A stretch of DNA of 64,000 nucleotides, from the sequence record NZ_AP019754.1. One strand, given 5' to 3'. This document shows, in pieces, positions 10,970-21,600 of this stretch (positions are counted from its first letter, which is position 1; each line of letters opens with the position of its first letter). The position numbers and the translations under genes are program-made. This DNA comes from a plasmid. The notes beneath the pieces were generated by a model. The model saw nothing but the letters and a program-made list of their open reading frames with translations, did no database searches and was not told the DNA's origin.

Positions 10970-11859
10970 GAAAGGTTGGTCTGCGTGTTGATGTAGATAC
11001 CTGGCGCGGGACAAAACTTGGCGTCCCCGCGCTTCTGGATCTGTTCAATAAACATGATCTCCAGGCGTCGTTTTTCTTTAGTGTCGGACCCGACAACATG
11101 GGACGCCATTTATGGCGTCTGATGAAACCACGCTTTCTGTGGAAAATGCTGCGCTCACGCGCAGCATCCCTTTATGGCTGGGACATTCTGTTAGCCGGAA
11201 CGGCCTGGCCAGGAAAGCGGATCGGGGCAGGGATGAGCGATATCATTCGCTCAACCGCCGATCGCCATGAGGTCGGTCTGCATGCCTGGGATCATTTTGC
11301 CTGGCAAACCTGGGCGGGCGTCTGGAAAGCGCCGCAGCTCATTCAACAGATAGCGTTAGGGCGCGACGCACTGGAAGCCATAACAGGACAACCGGTGACC
11401 TGCTCAGCGGTGGCCGGATGGCGCGCTGATGGTCGCGTAATCCAGGCAAAAGAAACGTTTGGCTTTCAGTACAACAGCGACTGCCGTGGTACCAGGCCGT
11501 TTCGCCCACAGTTAAGAAATGGCGAGCTGGGTACGGTTCAGATCCCTGTCACCTTACCGACATGGGACGAGGTCGTCGGACCCACGCTCAGCGCCGAACG
11601 TTTCAACGACTACATTCTGGAAAAAATTCAGGCTGACCAGGGCACGCCGGTTTATACCATCCATGCCGAAGTGGAAGGTATCAGCCAGCTTAGTGCGTTT
11701 GATACGTTGTTGCAGCGCGCCCGTGAGCAGGGAATACAGTTTTGCCCGCTGAGCGAACTCTTACCTGCAGACCTCGAAACCTTACCGGTGGGTAAAGTGG
11801 TTCGTGGTCATATCGCTGGCCGGGAAGGCTGGTTGGGTTGTGAGAATTTAACAAGGTAA
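10966..11859 (+). CDS. arnD: 4-deoxy-4-formamido-L-arabinose-phosphoundecaprenol deformylase
   Basis: 297 aa, polysaccharide-deacetylase-like, overlapping the arnA stop. Conserved operon position. Confidence 0.9.
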   Translation: MRKVGLRVDVDTWRGTKLGVPALLDLFNKHDLQASFFFSVGPDNMGRHLWRLMKPRFLWKMLRSRAASLYGWDILLAGTAWPGKRIGAGMSDIIRSTADRHEVGLHAWDHFAWQTWAGVWKAPQLIQQIALGRDALEAITGQPVTCSAVAGWRADGRVIQAKETFGFQYNSDCRGTRPFRPQLRNGELGTVQIPVTLPTWDEVVGPTLSAERFNDYILEKIQADQGTPVYTIHAEVEGISQLSAFDTLLQRAREQGIQFCPLSELLPADLETLPVGKVVRGHIAGREGWLGCENLTR

Positions 11860-11864
11860 GCACC

Positions 11865-13526
11865 ATGACTGCCACCAAAAAGACCCTATTACTGGTTTCA
11901 CTTTTTATCCTCTATTATTTAGTCCCTCTGGAGTTCCGTAATCTCTGGCAACCTGACGAAACACGTTATGCCGAAATCAGCCGGGAAATGCTGCAAAACG
12001 GTAACTGGATTACGCCGCATTTCTTCGGTCTGCGTTATTTTGAAAAACCGATAGCCGGATACTGGTTCAACACCGTAGGTCAGGCCATTTTTGGCCACAA
12101 TAACTTTGCGGTCAGAATTGGTTCGGTCTTTTCAACGTTGATGAGCGCAGTGCTGATTTTCTGGCTGGGCTGCCGTATTTTTTCGCAGCGCAGCGTGGCG
12201 CTAACGGCCAGCGTGATCTTTTTAACCTCGCTGCTGGTTTACGGCGTTGGAAGTTACGCGGTGCTGGACCCGATGCTGACATTGTGGATGGTGGCCGCCA
12301 TGTGCGGCTACTGGTATGCCAGTGAGGCACAAACTAACCCGCAAAGGGTCGTGCGTTATCTGCTGTTAGGGCTGGCCTGCGGTATGGGCTTTATGACCAA
12401 AGGTTTTCTTGCTCTTGCCGTACCGGTGATAGCGATCCTGCCCTGGGCCATCTGGCACCAGCGTTTCCGCGAACTGGTTATTTTTGGCCCGCTTGCCATC
12501 GTCAGCGCGGCATTAATCAGTGCGCCCTGGGCGATCGCGATTCAGCAGCAGCAACCTGACTTCTGGCATTACTTTTTCTGGGTCGAGCATATTCAGCGTT
12601 TTGCAGAAGAGAATGCCCAACACAAAGCGCCTTTCTGGTATTACGTGCCCGTCCTGATCGCCGGTGCGCTTCCCTGGCTGGCGCTGCTGCCTGGCGCATT
12701 GCGGTCGGGCTGGCGCGAACGCAAACAGTCTCCCGGTGCACTTTATCTCCTGAACTGGGTGGTCATTCCGCTGCTGTTTTTCAGTATCGCAAAGGGCAAA
12801 CTGCCAACGTATATCCTGCCCTGCTTTGCGCCGTTGGCCTTGCTGATGGCCAGCTATGCCTGGCAAAAAGCCCGCCAGAACACGCGAGTCTTTACCATCA
12901 ATGCGTGGATAAATATCGTATTCGGTACGGCCTGTATTATTGCGTTATTAGCCGTATTTGCGCCCTGGGGTTTGAGTCATCGACCACTCTATGGACCGCA
13001 TCAGTTGCTGGCGCTGTCTATGGCCGTGTTGTCCTTTGCTGGCTGGGCAATTGCGGGGCTTTTCAGCCTGAAATCGCCACAAAGTCGTTGGCTGGCAGCG
13101 GCACTATGCCCGCTGGCTCTGGCACTCTGTGTGGGTTCGGCCATTCCTGAAGGCGTTGAAAACACGAAGCAACCTCAGGTGTTTATTCGCAGCATTGAAA
13201 GCAGCCTTGCCAATAGCCGCTACATATTAAGCGATAATTCAGGCGTCTCTTCTGCGATTGCCTGGACGTTGCAGCGTAGCGATATCATTGCATACAGTCA
13301 AAAAGGCGAACTGCAATATGGCCTCAGCTTCCCTGATGCGCATTCCTCCTATGTCAGCAGCGAAGATTTCCCGCAGTGGCTTAAGGCACATCGTAAAGCG
13401 GGTAATGTCTCATTGATTTTAATGCTGGATCGTGGAGAAGCGACGCCAACAGACTTACCGCCTGCGGATGCTGTTTACCGTAACGGTCGGATGCTTTTGC
13501 TGCAATATAACCAGGCTGATGAGTGA
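11865..13526 (+). CDS. arnT: undecaprenyl phosphate-alpha-L-Ara4N arabinosyl transferase
   Basis: 553 aa, polytopic membrane protein (GT83) with a conserved N-terminus (YYLVPLEFRNLWQPDETRYAEISREML). Confidence 0.95.
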   Translation: MTATKKTLLLVSLFILYYLVPLEFRNLWQPDETRYAEISREMLQNGNWITPHFFGLRYFEKPIAGYWFNTVGQAIFGHNNFAVRIGSVFSTLMSAVLIFWLGCRIFSQRSVALTASVIFLTSLLVYGVGSYAVLDPMLTLWMVAAMCGYWYASEAQTNPQRVVRYLLLGLACGMGFMTKGFLALAVPVIAILPWAIWHQRFRELVIFGPLAIVSAALISAPWAIAIQQQQPDFWHYFFWVEHIQRFAEENAQHKAPFWYYVPVLIAGALPWLALLPGALRSGWRERKQSPGALYLLNWVVIPLLFFSIAKGKLPTYILPCFAPLALLMASYAWQKARQNTRVFTINAWINIVFGTACIIALLAVFAPWGLSHRPLYGPHQLLALSMAVLSFAGWAIAGLFSLKSPQSRWLAAALCPLALALCVGSAIPEGVENTKQPQVFIRSIESSLANSRYILSDNSGVSSAIAWTLQRSDIIAYSQKGELQYGLSFPDAHSSYVSSEDFPQWLKAHRKAGNVSLILMLDRGEATPTDLPPADAVYRNGRMLLLQYNQADE

Positions 13527-13849
13527 TGAGTTTGTTGTTGGTCCTGCTGACCAGTCTGCTTACCTGTGCCGGTCAGCTCTGCCAAAAGCAGGCGGCGCGT
13601 CAGACCAACCGGGCACGACTTACAGGCTGGCTGGTTGCCAGCCTGGCGCTGCTGGCGCTGGGGATGGTCGTCTGGCTGTTGGTGCTGCAGCGGTTGCCCG
13701 TCAGCCTGGCTTACCCAATGCTGAGTATTAATTTCATCCTGGTCGCGCTGGCCGCGCGCTTTGTCTGGCAGGAAAGAATGACCCGCTGGCAGTGGATGGG
13801 CACCGTACTGATTGTGGTGGGCGTGGCCATCATAGGGAGTTACGCATGA
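13523..13849 (+). CDS. arnE: undecaprenyl-phosphate-Ara4N flippase subunit ArnE
   Basis: 108 aa, four-TM SMR-like protein, overlapping the arnT stop. Confidence 0.85.
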   Translation: MMSLLLVLLTSLLTCAGQLCQKQAARQTNRARLTGWLVASLALLALGMVVWLLVLQRLPVSLAYPMLSINFILVALAARFVWQERMTRWQWMGTVLIVVGVAIIGSYA

Positions 13850-14223
13850 GAGGCTACCTGCTGGCACTGTGCAGCGTCTTACTGGTGACGCTGGCCCAGC
13901 TGATGCTGCGCTGGGCAATGCACCAGTTGCCCGCGCTGCCGATGTTAATAACGCAATACGCGCTTTACTGGCTACCGCTGCTGGTGCTGTGTGGCGGTTT
14001 AACGGCGTATGCCTGCTCGATGGTGAGTTGGTTTTTAGCATTGCGCCACCTGCCGCTGAGCCGGGCTTATCCGCTACTGAGCATCAGCTACGTGCTGGTG
14101 TGGTTGCTGGCGATCAGCCTTCCGCTGTTTGCAGAGCCGTTCCATGCGGGCGCGATGGCGGGGGTATTTCTGATCCTGGTGGGTTTACTTTGTCTGTGCG
14201 TCAAGCCAGGAAAAACGAGCTGA
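13846..14223 (+). CDS. arnF: undecaprenyl-phosphate-Ara4N flippase subunit ArnF
   Basis: Starts at the ATG at 13846 (MRGYLLALCSVLLVTLAQLMLRW...), four-TM SMR-like, overlapping the arnE stop. The 143-aa track ORF has a spurious N-terminal extension. Confidence 0.85.
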   Translation: MRGYLLALCSVLLVTLAQLMLRWAMHQLPALPMLITQYALYWLPLLVLCGGLTAYACSMVSWFLALRHLPLSRAYPLLSISYVLVWLLAISLPLFAEPFHAGAMAGVFLILVGLLCLCVKPGKTS

Positions 14224-14323
14224 AAGCACGGTTTCCCTCTGAGCCATGTCAGGCAGTTAACGTCTGGCTATGCCGAAAGAGCAGGGGCAGGGTTGGCGAA
14301 CCGCGTTGATGCGTATCAAACAC

Positions 14324-14352
14324 AAACGCCGGCATTATGCCGGCGTTTTTTA
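14324..14352. terminator. bidirectional rho-independent terminator between arnF (+) and the chemoreceptor gene (-)
   Basis: 11-bp perfect stem AACGCCGGCAT/ATGCCGGCGTT with a 2-nt loop, followed by TTTTTTAT on the plus strand. It sits between convergent genes. Confidence 0.7.
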
Positions 14353-14361
14353 TCATCACAG

Positions 14362-16290
14362 TCAGAACGTTTCCCAGTTACCCTCAGCTGGACTGGGCTG
14401 ACGAAGAGAGACAGGCGCTTTGGTCACAGATTTTGCTGTGTTGTGGCTAACGGCCATTCCACTCTTGTTCGCGGGCAAACGGAACACGGCGACCGTTTTT
14501 TCCAGCTCTTCTGCCTGAGACTCCAGCGAGCTGGCGGCGGCTGAAGACTCTTCAACCAGTGCGGCGTTTTGTTGTGTTGTGGTATCCATTTCTGTCATTG
14601 CCTGAGCAATTTGTGATATGCCGCGGTTTTGCTCATCGGAAGCCGCCGCGATTTCGCTCATGATGTCCTTCACCTGCGTGACGGACAAGACTATTTCATC
14701 CATCGTCGATCCCGCCTGATCGACCAGCGTGGACCCTTCGTTAACACGATGCAGTGAATCACGGATCAGCGTCTCGATTTCCTTCGCCGCCACAGAACTG
14801 CGCTGCGCAAGATTTCTGACTTCGCCGGCGACAACTGCAAAACCCCGACCTTGCTCGCCCGCCCGTGCCGCTTCAACAGCTGCGTTCAACGCCAGAATAT
14901 TTGTCTGGAAAGATATTCCATTGATTACGCTGATGATTTCGCCAATTTTACCTGAGCTGGTTGTAATACCTTGCATGGTGGTGACTACGTTACGAATGAT
15001 GTCACCGCCCCGTCCGGCATTCGCCGATGCTTCCGTTGCAAGCTGGCTGGCATGGTGCGCGTTTTCAGCATTTTGCTTAACGGTGGAAGTTAACTCTTCC
15101 ATACTGGCAGCGGTTTGCACCACGGCGGCAGACTGCTGCTCAGTGCGCGATGACAAGTCCATATTACCGGCGGCGATCTCAGAAGAGGCACGCGCCACAC
15201 TGTTCACTCCGTCGCGCACGTTGGTGATGATGTTTTGCAGACTTTCGTTCATCACGCTGACCGCCTGCATCAACTGGCCCAGTTCGTCGCGCCGCGTGGT
15301 TGAAAGCGTGGCGGTAAGGTCGCCTTCAGAGATGCGCTGAGCCACGCTCAACGTTTCTTTCAGCGGTACCGTAATGGCGCGCGTAATACGCCAGGCAACC
15401 AACAGGCTGAGCAGGATACACAATGCGGCAACGACGGCGATCTGACGTTCAGCGTTAAGTAGAGCGCTGGTAGATTCAGATGCCTGGTAGTCAAAGAGCT
15501 CAGCCACAGATGTATTTAACTTTTCGGCCACTGCACTGAGTTGTGAAGAGGCAGCGGCCTCTGCACCCACGGCAGTCATATAGTCCGTAAAAGCCTGCTT
15601 TAACTGCGTCAGATCCGTTTTCTGCGTATTAAGGACCGCCTGGATCTCAGGAATGGCGAGCGCCGAAAGCTGAGTTCGGATCTGCTCAATGGACGTAATG
15701 TTACCGTAAATTTCGACTTTACTGGCTTCAGTGGGCTTATCAATAAAGCGCTCGACGTCACCGGCGACCTCCTTCAGTAATGAGGCTAAGCGTAATACCT
15801 GCAGCATTGCCTCTGGCTGAGCGGGAACATTCACCCCATCAAGACTTTGCCCAAGCGTGAGCAGATCGTTACCCTGAATAACCGCAGAAGCCGCAAAGGT
15901 CTTTTTGGAGGCGAGATAGAATGCCTGGCGCAGGGTTTGATAGCTTTGTAACGCGCTCCCCAGAACGTCAAGCTGTTGTTCACCCTGAGCGTTCCAGTCA
16001 AATTTCTTTAACGTGTCAAAATGGGCGCTTAATTCGTTGAGTGCGCGGGCGTTGACCTGAGCATACTGCTCGTCTTTCGTGTACTGATACAGCAAACGGT
16101 TCATGCGCGCTTTACTGAGTGTATTGACCATGTTGACGGTAACGTCTTGTTTTGCTGAATTCTCTTTAATGCTCTGGAAACCTTTAAAGGCCAGAAGCGC
16201 TATCGCGAGGGTCGCAACGATAAGCACGCCAAAACTCAACCCCAGCTTTTTTCCTATTTTCATATCGGAAAACGTACGTGTAATAAACAT
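14362..16290 (-). CDS. methyl-accepting chemotaxis protein (all-helical periplasmic sensor ~265 aa, HAMP, signalling domain, C-terminal NWETF pentapeptide)
   Basis: 642 aa with TM1, a long periplasmic domain, TM2 and HAMP. It carries the highly conserved signalling domain ([29 protein letters not shown]) and the CheR/CheB-tethering NWETF terminus. Confidence 0.9.
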   Translation of the reverse strand: MFITRTFSDMKIGKKLGLSFGVLIVATLAIALLAFKGFQSIKENSAKQDVTVNMVNTLSKARMNRLLYQYTKDEQYAQVNARALNELSAHFDTLKKFDWNAQGEQQLDVLGSALQSYQTLRQAFYLASKKTFAASAVIQGNDLLTLGQSLDGVNVPAQPEAMLQVLRLASLLKEVAGDVERFIDKPTEASKVEIYGNITSIEQIRTQLSALAIPEIQAVLNTQKTDLTQLKQAFTDYMTAVGAEAAASSQLSAVAEKLNTSVAELFDYQASESTSALLNAERQIAVVAALCILLSLLVAWRITRAITVPLKETLSVAQRISEGDLTATLSTTRRDELGQLMQAVSVMNESLQNIITNVRDGVNSVARASSEIAAGNMDLSSRTEQQSAAVVQTAASMEELTSTVKQNAENAHHASQLATEASANAGRGGDIIRNVVTTMQGITTSSGKIGEIISVINGISFQTNILALNAAVEAARAGEQGRGFAVVAGEVRNLAQRSSVAAKEIETLIRDSLHRVNEGSTLVDQAGSTMDEIVLSVTQVKDIMSEIAAASDEQNRGISQIAQAMTEMDTTTQQNAALVEESSAAASSLESQAEELEKTVAVFRLPANKSGMAVSHNTAKSVTKAPVSLRQPSPAEGNWETF

Positions 16291-16364
16291 AATTTCACCC
16301 TGACAGGAAGGAAAAAGAAAGCGTGTTTTGCAGCCTGTATTAACCCCACACTGCTTAATGAAAC

Positions 16365-16391
16365 TTATCGACTACCACCATGAAAACTTTA
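16365..16391 (-). promoter_or_regulatory. sigma-28 (FliA) class-III promoter for the chemoreceptor gene
   Basis: The minus strand reads TAAAGTTT-N11-GTCGATAA (consensus TAAAGTTT-N11-GCCGATAA). It lies about 75 nt upstream of the start codon. Confidence 0.7.
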
Positions 16392-16859
16392 AAGACAATT
16401 TGAAATATAAATTCACAACTGTGACATCAGTGTGTTTAAGCGCTGTTTTATGACATTTTTATGGTTTAGTATTAACAGTTAAGCCCATAATAGTTAGGGG
16501 GCGAATAATTTAAGCAGGTTTTTTGCTGACTTTTTTTTACATTTGAAACCAGAAAAAATATAAAATTTAAAAATCTTTACTAAGAATAAAGGATTTTAAA
16601 ATCAATAAGTTGGCTGATCTGCCTTCCGGCGGGTATTTATTAACATCTTAAAGATTTGATAATCACCCCTGAAACTTAAATTCGCAGAAAAAATACGTTA
16701 CTTTCTCTTAACATCGCCAGCTTAGTGATTAGCATTCTAGTTATAATTTGTATTAGTTAATTACAGAGATTAAATAATATTTCTATGAAACTCGCTCCCT
16801 GAGAGGTACGTTTAATCTGATTAATCTTTTTCAACTATTTGGAAACAGGCTAACCAAAC

Positions 16860-17399
16860 ATGCAATATATGACCTTTCTTCTTGCTGCATTAATTTTCTG
16901 CGGCTCTGCCGCCGCCGCGCCAGCGTCAGAACCCGTTTCACTACTCTCTCGGGCACTGCATGAGAGAATGCTGTTAATGAAGGATGTTGCAGCCTTCAAA
17001 AAAACGCACAATAAGCCGATTGAAGACCTGGCTCGGGAACAGGATGTGTTAGCCGAAGCCAAAGAGAAATCGGCAAAAGCTGGCCTCGATCCACAGTCTG
17101 TGACCGCTTTTTTTCAGGGACTGATGGATGCAAGTAAAGCGATTCAGTATCGTTATCTGGCAGACTGGTTGAGTGCTCCGCATGCCGTCCCACCCGCGAA
17201 AGATCTGGCAGAGTTGCGCCAGCAGATTAATCTGTTAGACGGACAGATTTTGCAAGCCATCAACCAGCAGCTGTCACAGGGTGGTTTTACCAAAGGCGAT
17301 TTAGCTCAGCTACATCAGCAGCTAAATGTCCAGCATCTGAGCGATAACGACATCAATAACGTTTTGCTGGGGCTGGAGCACATTCGGCTCAAAAAATAA
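16860..17399 (+). CDS. periplasmic (secreted) monofunctional chorismate mutase, AroQ-gamma class
   Basis: 179 aa with a cleavable signal peptide (LAALIFCGSAAAAPASE). Its length and AroQ helical pattern match the periplasmic chorismate mutases of Erwinia herbicola/Pantoea and Salmonella. Confidence 0.75.
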   Translation: MQYMTFLLAALIFCGSAAAAPASEPVSLLSRALHERMLLMKDVAAFKKTHNKPIEDLAREQDVLAEAKEKSAKAGLDPQSVTAFFQGLMDASKAIQYRYLADWLSAPHAVPPAKDLAELRQQINLLDGQILQAINQQLSQGGFTKGDLAQLHQQLNVQHLSDNDINNVLLGLEHIRLKK

Positions 17400-17672
17400 C
17401 GGTCCGCCGCGCGCGGCGGAATGCACGTCCAACATCCTTGAACGTCTTCTCATACGTTTGCAACGTGACAGGTTATCTACCTTAACGGGTACCGCAATTT
17501 TTACTCTAAGAATCCTTAACTCCCCGAAGCGTCAGCAGGAAGTTGACGCTTCGTAACCCGGCAATTGCGCCTTTCGCGGTGAAAGCACGCTCATCCGGGT
17601 TACCTGCGTTTCTTCATTGCTGAAAGCCTGCAGGGCTGTTTAAAGAAAGGTAGGGAATGTCACGATTTATAT

Positions 17673-17706
17673 GGCTGTAGCCGACTACGTCGGGCGTAAG
17701 GGGCCG
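17673..17706. repeat. REP-like palindromic repeat (GGCTGTAGCCGACTACGTCGGGCGTAAGGGGCCG)
   Basis: A near-identical copy (26/34) occurs at 42322-42355. Both are intergenic and share the palindromic core CCGACTACGTCGG. Confidence 0.5.
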
Positions 17707-17827
17707 TTCATCATCTGCGCCATCTTTTACGTCCTCTGGCGCCGTCATGCCGCTTAAGCGCCATTCGAAACACGGCTCTCACTGCAGGGGTTAATTCAGA
17801 TTAAAACGTCCGCTTTGTGCTGTGAGT

Positions 17828-18083
17828 TCAACCGATAGATGCAACACATTTATTGAACCCTTCTGCGGGTGATTCATAGTCTGGCGTTTTTCTCGGTCTT
17901 TCGTTGAGCTGCCTGGCAACACTGTTTAGTCTTTGCTGGCTGTGAACCGATAAGTCAGTTCCCTTTGGAAAATATTGTCTGAGCATCCTGTTCGTATTTC
18001 CATTTGAGCCATGTTGCAAGGGGATTGAGGATCGCAGAAGTAAATCTGGATGTCTGCTGCTACAGTAAACCGGGTGTGGCGGG
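17828..18083 (-). mobile_element. C-terminal remnant (~85 codons) of an IS30-family transposase; no catalytic domain, no inverted repeats seen
   Basis: Minus-strand frame open from 18083 encodes ...PLQHGSNGNTNRMLRQYFPKGTDLSVHSQQRLNSVARQLNERPRKTPDYESPAEGF. This matches the conserved IS30 transposase tail (GTNENTNGLLRQYFPKGTDLS...LNNRPRKTL). It is preceded by an in-frame stop, so only the extreme C-terminus survives. Confidence 0.6.
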
Positions 18084-18392
18084 TCATCAGTTCTTAAAGG
18101 AGCCTCACCCCTGATTGTTTAGAGCGTTGATACTCTCGGAAGCGCTTAAAAACAGGGCATAAATAACCGTCGCAAGCACTTTTTTTTTGACAGTGAGTAA
18201 AAAACTGAGGTTTTTAGCAATAATATTTTTTTAGAAAAAGTATGAAAGTGACGCCTTTTTCCAGGGGCAAAATTAAATGATCCTCCCACTTTATGTCACT
18301 GCTCACTTGCAGGCAGGTAACAACGAAACAAATCGATTGGAAATTAATCAACTGTGATAGTATGAGTTTCATTCCTCTAAAGGGTAACCACC

Positions 18393-18551
18393 ATGTCTCT
18401 TCTCGATTACGCCAGGAAGTTCATGAGTGCTCCGTCCACGGTAGTCTGTCCTGCCTGCGGTTTAAGTTCCTCCCAGCCTGCCTCAAAGATTCGCCTGAAA
18501 CAGGCTATGCTTTGTCCGGGATGTAAATCTCTCTTTGTCTCTCCACGTTAG
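18393..18551 (+). CDS. small (52 aa) four-cysteine zinc-ribbon protein (CPACG...CPGCK), hypothetical
   Basis: Manual translation gives MSLLDYARKFMSAPSTVVCPACGLSSSQPASKIRLKQAMLCPGCKSLFVSPR*. It is below the ORF-track size cut-off and lies immediately upstream of ndvB on the same strand. The overlapping 77-aa track ORF in another frame looks random. Confidence 0.35.
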   Translation: MSLLDYARKFMSAPSTVVCPACGLSSSQPASKIRLKQAMLCPGCKSLFVSPR

Positions 18552-18687
18552 CACCTGACTTTCAGATCCGACGATCTTCCCTGTTATACCGTAAAGACCT
18601 GGACCTGCAGCTGATAAATCCCTGATGCCTTACGCCCATCCTGAGAGAACGTTTCTGAACTGATTTCTCAACTGCTCCTGCGCGTTA

Positions 18688-21600
18688 ATGTCGCATGAGA
18701 GCAAGACTATGAAAATAAATCCTGGGGCATGGTTTCGCCGCGCCCGTATCATGACAAAAGCGCCAGGGCGCGCATCGTTTTCTTCCAATGACCCTATGGG
18801 GGAAAACACTCCGCGCCCGGAGCTGTTCTCAACGCCTCAGCTTGAGCGTTATGGTCAAAAGCTGGCGCATACGCATAAATTGTCGCCGGACAAGATGCCG
18901 TACTACCTGCTAAAACGATTAAGTGATAACGAAGCCGTTATTACACAAAACTGTTACACCCTTAACGCCGGTAAAAAAACCAGCATTATGCCCGCTGGGG
19001 AGTGGTTGCTGGACAACTACTACCTGATTGAGGAGCAAATTCGCAACGTCCGCCAGCACTTGCCGACCAGCTTTGGCAAAGGTCTTCCTTCACTCGCGTC
19101 TCCGCACCCTTGTCCGCGTATCTATGATATTGCTACCGAGGCGGTTGCGCATGGTGACGGACGCTGGGACACCGCCAGTCTGACCAGCTACATCGGCGCC
19201 TACCAGCAGGTCACGCCGCTGACGTTAGGGGAAGTCTGGGCGTTGCCCGGTATGTTGCGACTGGCGCTGATTGAAAATCTGCGTCGGGTCAGTATTGAGG
19301 TGGTTCAGGCTCAGCAGGAACGCAGCCTTGCTGACAGCTGGATAACGCGGATGACCGACTGCGCCGAACATGCGCCAGCTGACCTCATTCTGGTGATCGC
19401 CGACATGGCGCGTTCCCGGCCGCCACTGAGCAGTGCCTTTGTCGCGGAAATGGTTCGTCGTCTGCACGGGCAGGGGAATGCGCTGGCATTACCCTTGGGC
19501 TGGGTAGAACAACGCCTTGCCGAGCAAGGCCTCACAACCGAGTTACTGATCCATCGCTTCAACCAACAGCTTGCGGCCAGTCAACTTTCCGTCAGCAACA
19601 GTATTGCCGGGTTACGCCTGCTCAATGAAACCAACTGGGCTGATTTCGCCGAGAACATTAGTGTGGTTGAGCAGACGTTACGTCGCGATCCGGCGGGCAT
19701 ATATTCCTGTATGCATTTTGATACCCGCGATCATTATCGCCATGTGATTGAGATTCTGGCCCGGGAAAGTCAGCTCAGTGAGCCCGACGTGGCAAGCCGC
19801 ATACTGGCGTTGTCAGCAACAACCCAACCGGGCATGCCCTCTCATCACATTGGATATTATCTGATGGGAGAAGGGCGGCGTCAGTTAGATCACCATTTGT
19901 CGGTGGCGAGCTCTGGCCTCAAACGCTTACGGCACAGTCTCAACAGATATCCTCTGTTATCCTGGCTTGGGAGCATGAGCCTGTTAACCACGGCGGCCAC
20001 CGCCGCAATATTGTATGACACAGCGAGTCTGGGCATGGCCTGGTGGTTGTTACTGCTGGCTTTACCTTTGATTGTGGCGTTGAGTCAGTTGGTCAGCGAT
20101 ATACTCAGTGAAGCGACGACCCGCTTTCGGACTCCCCGACCGCTGCCACGAATGGACTTTTCTGACGGGATTCCGGTGACATCCTCCACGTTGGTGGCGA
20201 TCCCCTGCATGCTGACGAGTCACGCCGGCTTCAGCACGCTCCTCACAAGCCTTGAAGTGTGCTGGCTTGGCAACCAGGACGATAACCTCTGTTTCGCGCT
20301 TCTTACCGATTTTGCTGACGCGGCGACTGAAAGTACGGATGAACAACGCGCACTGTTTAGTCAGGCGATGTCAGAAATGCACCGGCTTAACCTGCGCTAT
20401 CCTTGCCGCCATCAGCGCTTTTATTTGCTCCACCGCTCGCCTGAATGGAATGCATCGCAGGGGATCTGGATGGGTTATGAACGCAAACGGGGCAAGCTGG
20501 CGTTGCTGAACAGCTGGTTACGTCATCCAGACACGCAATTTTCCAGCGTTGCGGGCATGCCCGCGAACCGCTTACCCGGACAGATTAAGTATGTCATCAC
20601 GCTGGACAGCGACACGCTCCTGCCACGTGATACCGCGCATAAGCTAGTCGCAACGATGGCGCATCCGTTGAACAAGCCGGAATACGATCCGCGATGTCAG
20701 CGGGTCGTCAAAGGATACGGTATTTTACAACCGGGGCTGGCAGAAGAGATGCCCCGTAACGGTCAGGGCCGCTATGCCGCGATGCGCAGCAGCGTACCGG
20801 GTAATAACCCTTATTCCATGATGTCTTCAGATATCTATCAGGATCTGTTTGAAGAAGGCTCCTTCGTCGGCAAGGGAATTTACGACGTGGATATTTTTGT
20901 CCAGGCCACGGCCAACACCTGCCCGGAAAATCTGGTGCTCAGTCACGATCTTCTGGAAGGATGCTATGCCCGCGCCGGGCTGCTGAGCGAGGTCTTACTC
21001 TACGAGCAGTACCCGAACAACTATCTGTCCGACGTCGCACGCCGTACGCGCTGGATCCGTGGCGACTGGCAACTGCTTAACTGGCTTAAGCTGCGGGTCC
21101 GAAAAGCGGATGGGACGCGGGATAAAAACCCATTGTCGGCGCTCTCTCGCTGGAAGCTGTTTGATAACCTGCGCCGCAGCCTGGTCGCCCCCGCATTACT
21201 GGTGCTGCAGTTTAGCGCGCTGCTGTGGGTGCCGAATCCGGGATACTGGCTGGGCGTTCTGGCCCTGGTCTGGCTGCTGCCTGCTGCGCTCTGTATCCTT
21301 ATCGATCTTGCCAACAAGCCGCATCGTCGTCCTCTGAGGCAACATCTGGTGCTGGTTACGGCGGGGGCACTGAAGCGACTTTCCCGGATCGGACTCAATT
21401 TTATTTTATTACCCCATGAGGCGGGCTATTCGCTGTATGCGATCGCCGTGACGCTCTGGCGCCTTGGCATCAGCCAGCGCAACCTGACGCAATGGTCCAG
21501 CCACAGTCCGGACAGCCTTCAGTCCCAACTTTCTGCCTTTCGTTTTTATCGGGTAATGTGGCTGAATGTGGCTTGTGGTGCAGCACTCACGCTTCTGACG

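Noticed and set aside
14729-15340. 203-aa plus-strand ORF antisense to MCP1 (and the analogous 30261-30737, 34164-34694 ORFs antisense to MCP2 and the MCP fragment)
   Set aside because: Ala/Ser/Thr-rich mirror translations of the highly biased MCP coiled-coil coding sequence. These are classic antisense artefacts.
18293-18526. 77-aa track ORF upstream of ndvB
   Set aside because: Its amino-acid composition looks random. A different frame in the same region gives a clean Cys4 zinc-ribbon micro-ORF, which is preferred, though itself low confidence.
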